Assembly (NCBI GenBank): GCA_013239625.1
Contig: MU054220.1
Coordinates: forward strand, 4,403,374-4,467,373
Source: Lama guanicoe
Taxonomy: Eukaryota
Direction: 5' to 3'
Length of the DNA stretch: 64,000 bases
Part shown: piece by piece, positions 63,116-64,000 of the stretch
Layout of the letters: each line of letters starts with the position of its first letter
How positions within the stretch are numbered: position 1 is the first letter of the stretch
Notes under the pieces: model-generated
Databases searched by the model: none
Told to the model about the DNA's origin: nothing
What the model saw: only the letters and a program-made list of their open reading frames with translations
Program-made: the position numbers and the translations under genes

Positions 63116-63410
63116 ACCCTCAAATCTGGCCCAGCTGTCCTCCAGGGACGGGCACTGCCGTCCACTCCTTAGCAGAAGCCGGCATCCTAGGATTCATCCA
63201 TGATGTGCCCTATAATTCTGTCTTCTGAACATCTCCCCCATCTGTCCACTTTTGTCATCTACCCTCAAATCTGGCCCAGCTGTCCTCCATCTCAGGGACG
63301 GGCACTGCCGTCCACTCCTTAGCAGAAGCCAGCATCCTAGGATTCATCCATGATGTGCCCTATAATTCTGTCTTCTGAACATCTCCCCCATCTGTCCACT
63401 TTTGTCATCT
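63116..63410 (+). repeat. Head-to-tail tandem duplication (145 bp + 150 bp) in L2-derived sequence
   Basis: Copies 63116-63260 and 63261-63410 differ by one 5-bp indel and one G/A substitution. Confidence 0.95.
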
Positions 63411-63591
63411 CCATCTGTCCCAGCCACACCAACCTACCAACAAGTGTCACCAGAACGTGACAATCTCCTCCTGACAGGTCTCCCTGCAGCCACTGATGTC
63501 CCTGGGGTCCATTCTCTGTATCACATCAAGCATGACCATCTCAAGACACCTAATCTAGTCATGTTAGTCCTCTGCTAAAAGCCATCCATGG

Positions 63592-63995
63592 TGTGTCAGT
63601 TTCCTGGGGCTGCTAGAACAAAGAACCACAAGCTGGAGTCAGGGGTTGGGGGGTGAGTTCCACGACAGAAGTTTATTGTCTCACCATTCTTGAGACCAGG
63701 TGTGGGCAGGGCTGGTTCCCCCAGAGCCTCTTCTCAGGCCTCCAGTAGCCCCGGGCATTCCTTGGCTTATAGATGGCTGTCCCTGTGTCTCTACGAGGTC
63801 TTTCCTCTGTGTCTGTCTCTGTGTCCAAATTTCCCCTTTTTATAAAGGTATGAGTTATATTGGATTAAGAATCATCCGAATGACTTCATCTTAACTCAAT
63901 CATCTGCAAAGACCCTGTTTCCAAATAAAGTCACATTCACAGGTACTGGGAGTTACAGCTTCTTTTGGCGGGGGGCGCACAATTCATCCTAGCAC
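63592..63995 (-). mobile_element. MLT1 (MLT1A/C-like) solo LTR
   Basis: tgtgtcagtttcctggggctgct...catctgcaaagaccctgtttccaaataaagtcacattcacaggtactgggag. Confidence 0.85.
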
Positions 63996-64000
63996 ATGGT

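Noticed and set aside
1..64000. Prokaryote-style novel system (operon, CRISPR array, defence island)
   Set aside because: The sequence is intron-containing mammalian DNA, with no regularly spaced repeat-spacer array and no dense gene cluster.

Overview
This window is mammalian genomic DNA, not prokaryotic. It is probably from a camelid, because it carries three copies of a tRNA-derived SINE matching the Vic-1 type as I recall it. It holds the tandem paralogues ACCS and ACCSL (ACC-synthase-like, PLP-dependent class I/II aminotransferase fold), both on the minus strand. ACCSL is complete: 14 coding exons between 21678 and 12442, all with GT-AG junctions and consistent phases, giving 1833 nt or 610 aa with the PLP-lysine motif TSKDFG intact. 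ACCS is represented by its CpG-island promoter and first two coding exons, and continues off the left edge. The right ~42 kb has no recognisable protein-coding gene and is mostly L1, L2, MIR, MaLR/ERV LTR and DNA-transposon relics. Nearly all entries in the ORF track are chance ORFs. I found no novel multi-gene system. The most interesting signals are smaller: a CPE-plus-AAUAAA 3'UTR and a C-terminal extension in ACCSL, an unplaced 5'UTR exon with a candidate 7-nt microexon, an LTR transcript apparently retrotransposed by L1, a SINE/L1 chimera within one TSD pair, a twin-primed inverted L1, and two local duplications. Repeat family names and human-orthologue comparisons come from recall, not a database search, and repeat boundaries are approximate unless a TSD is given.
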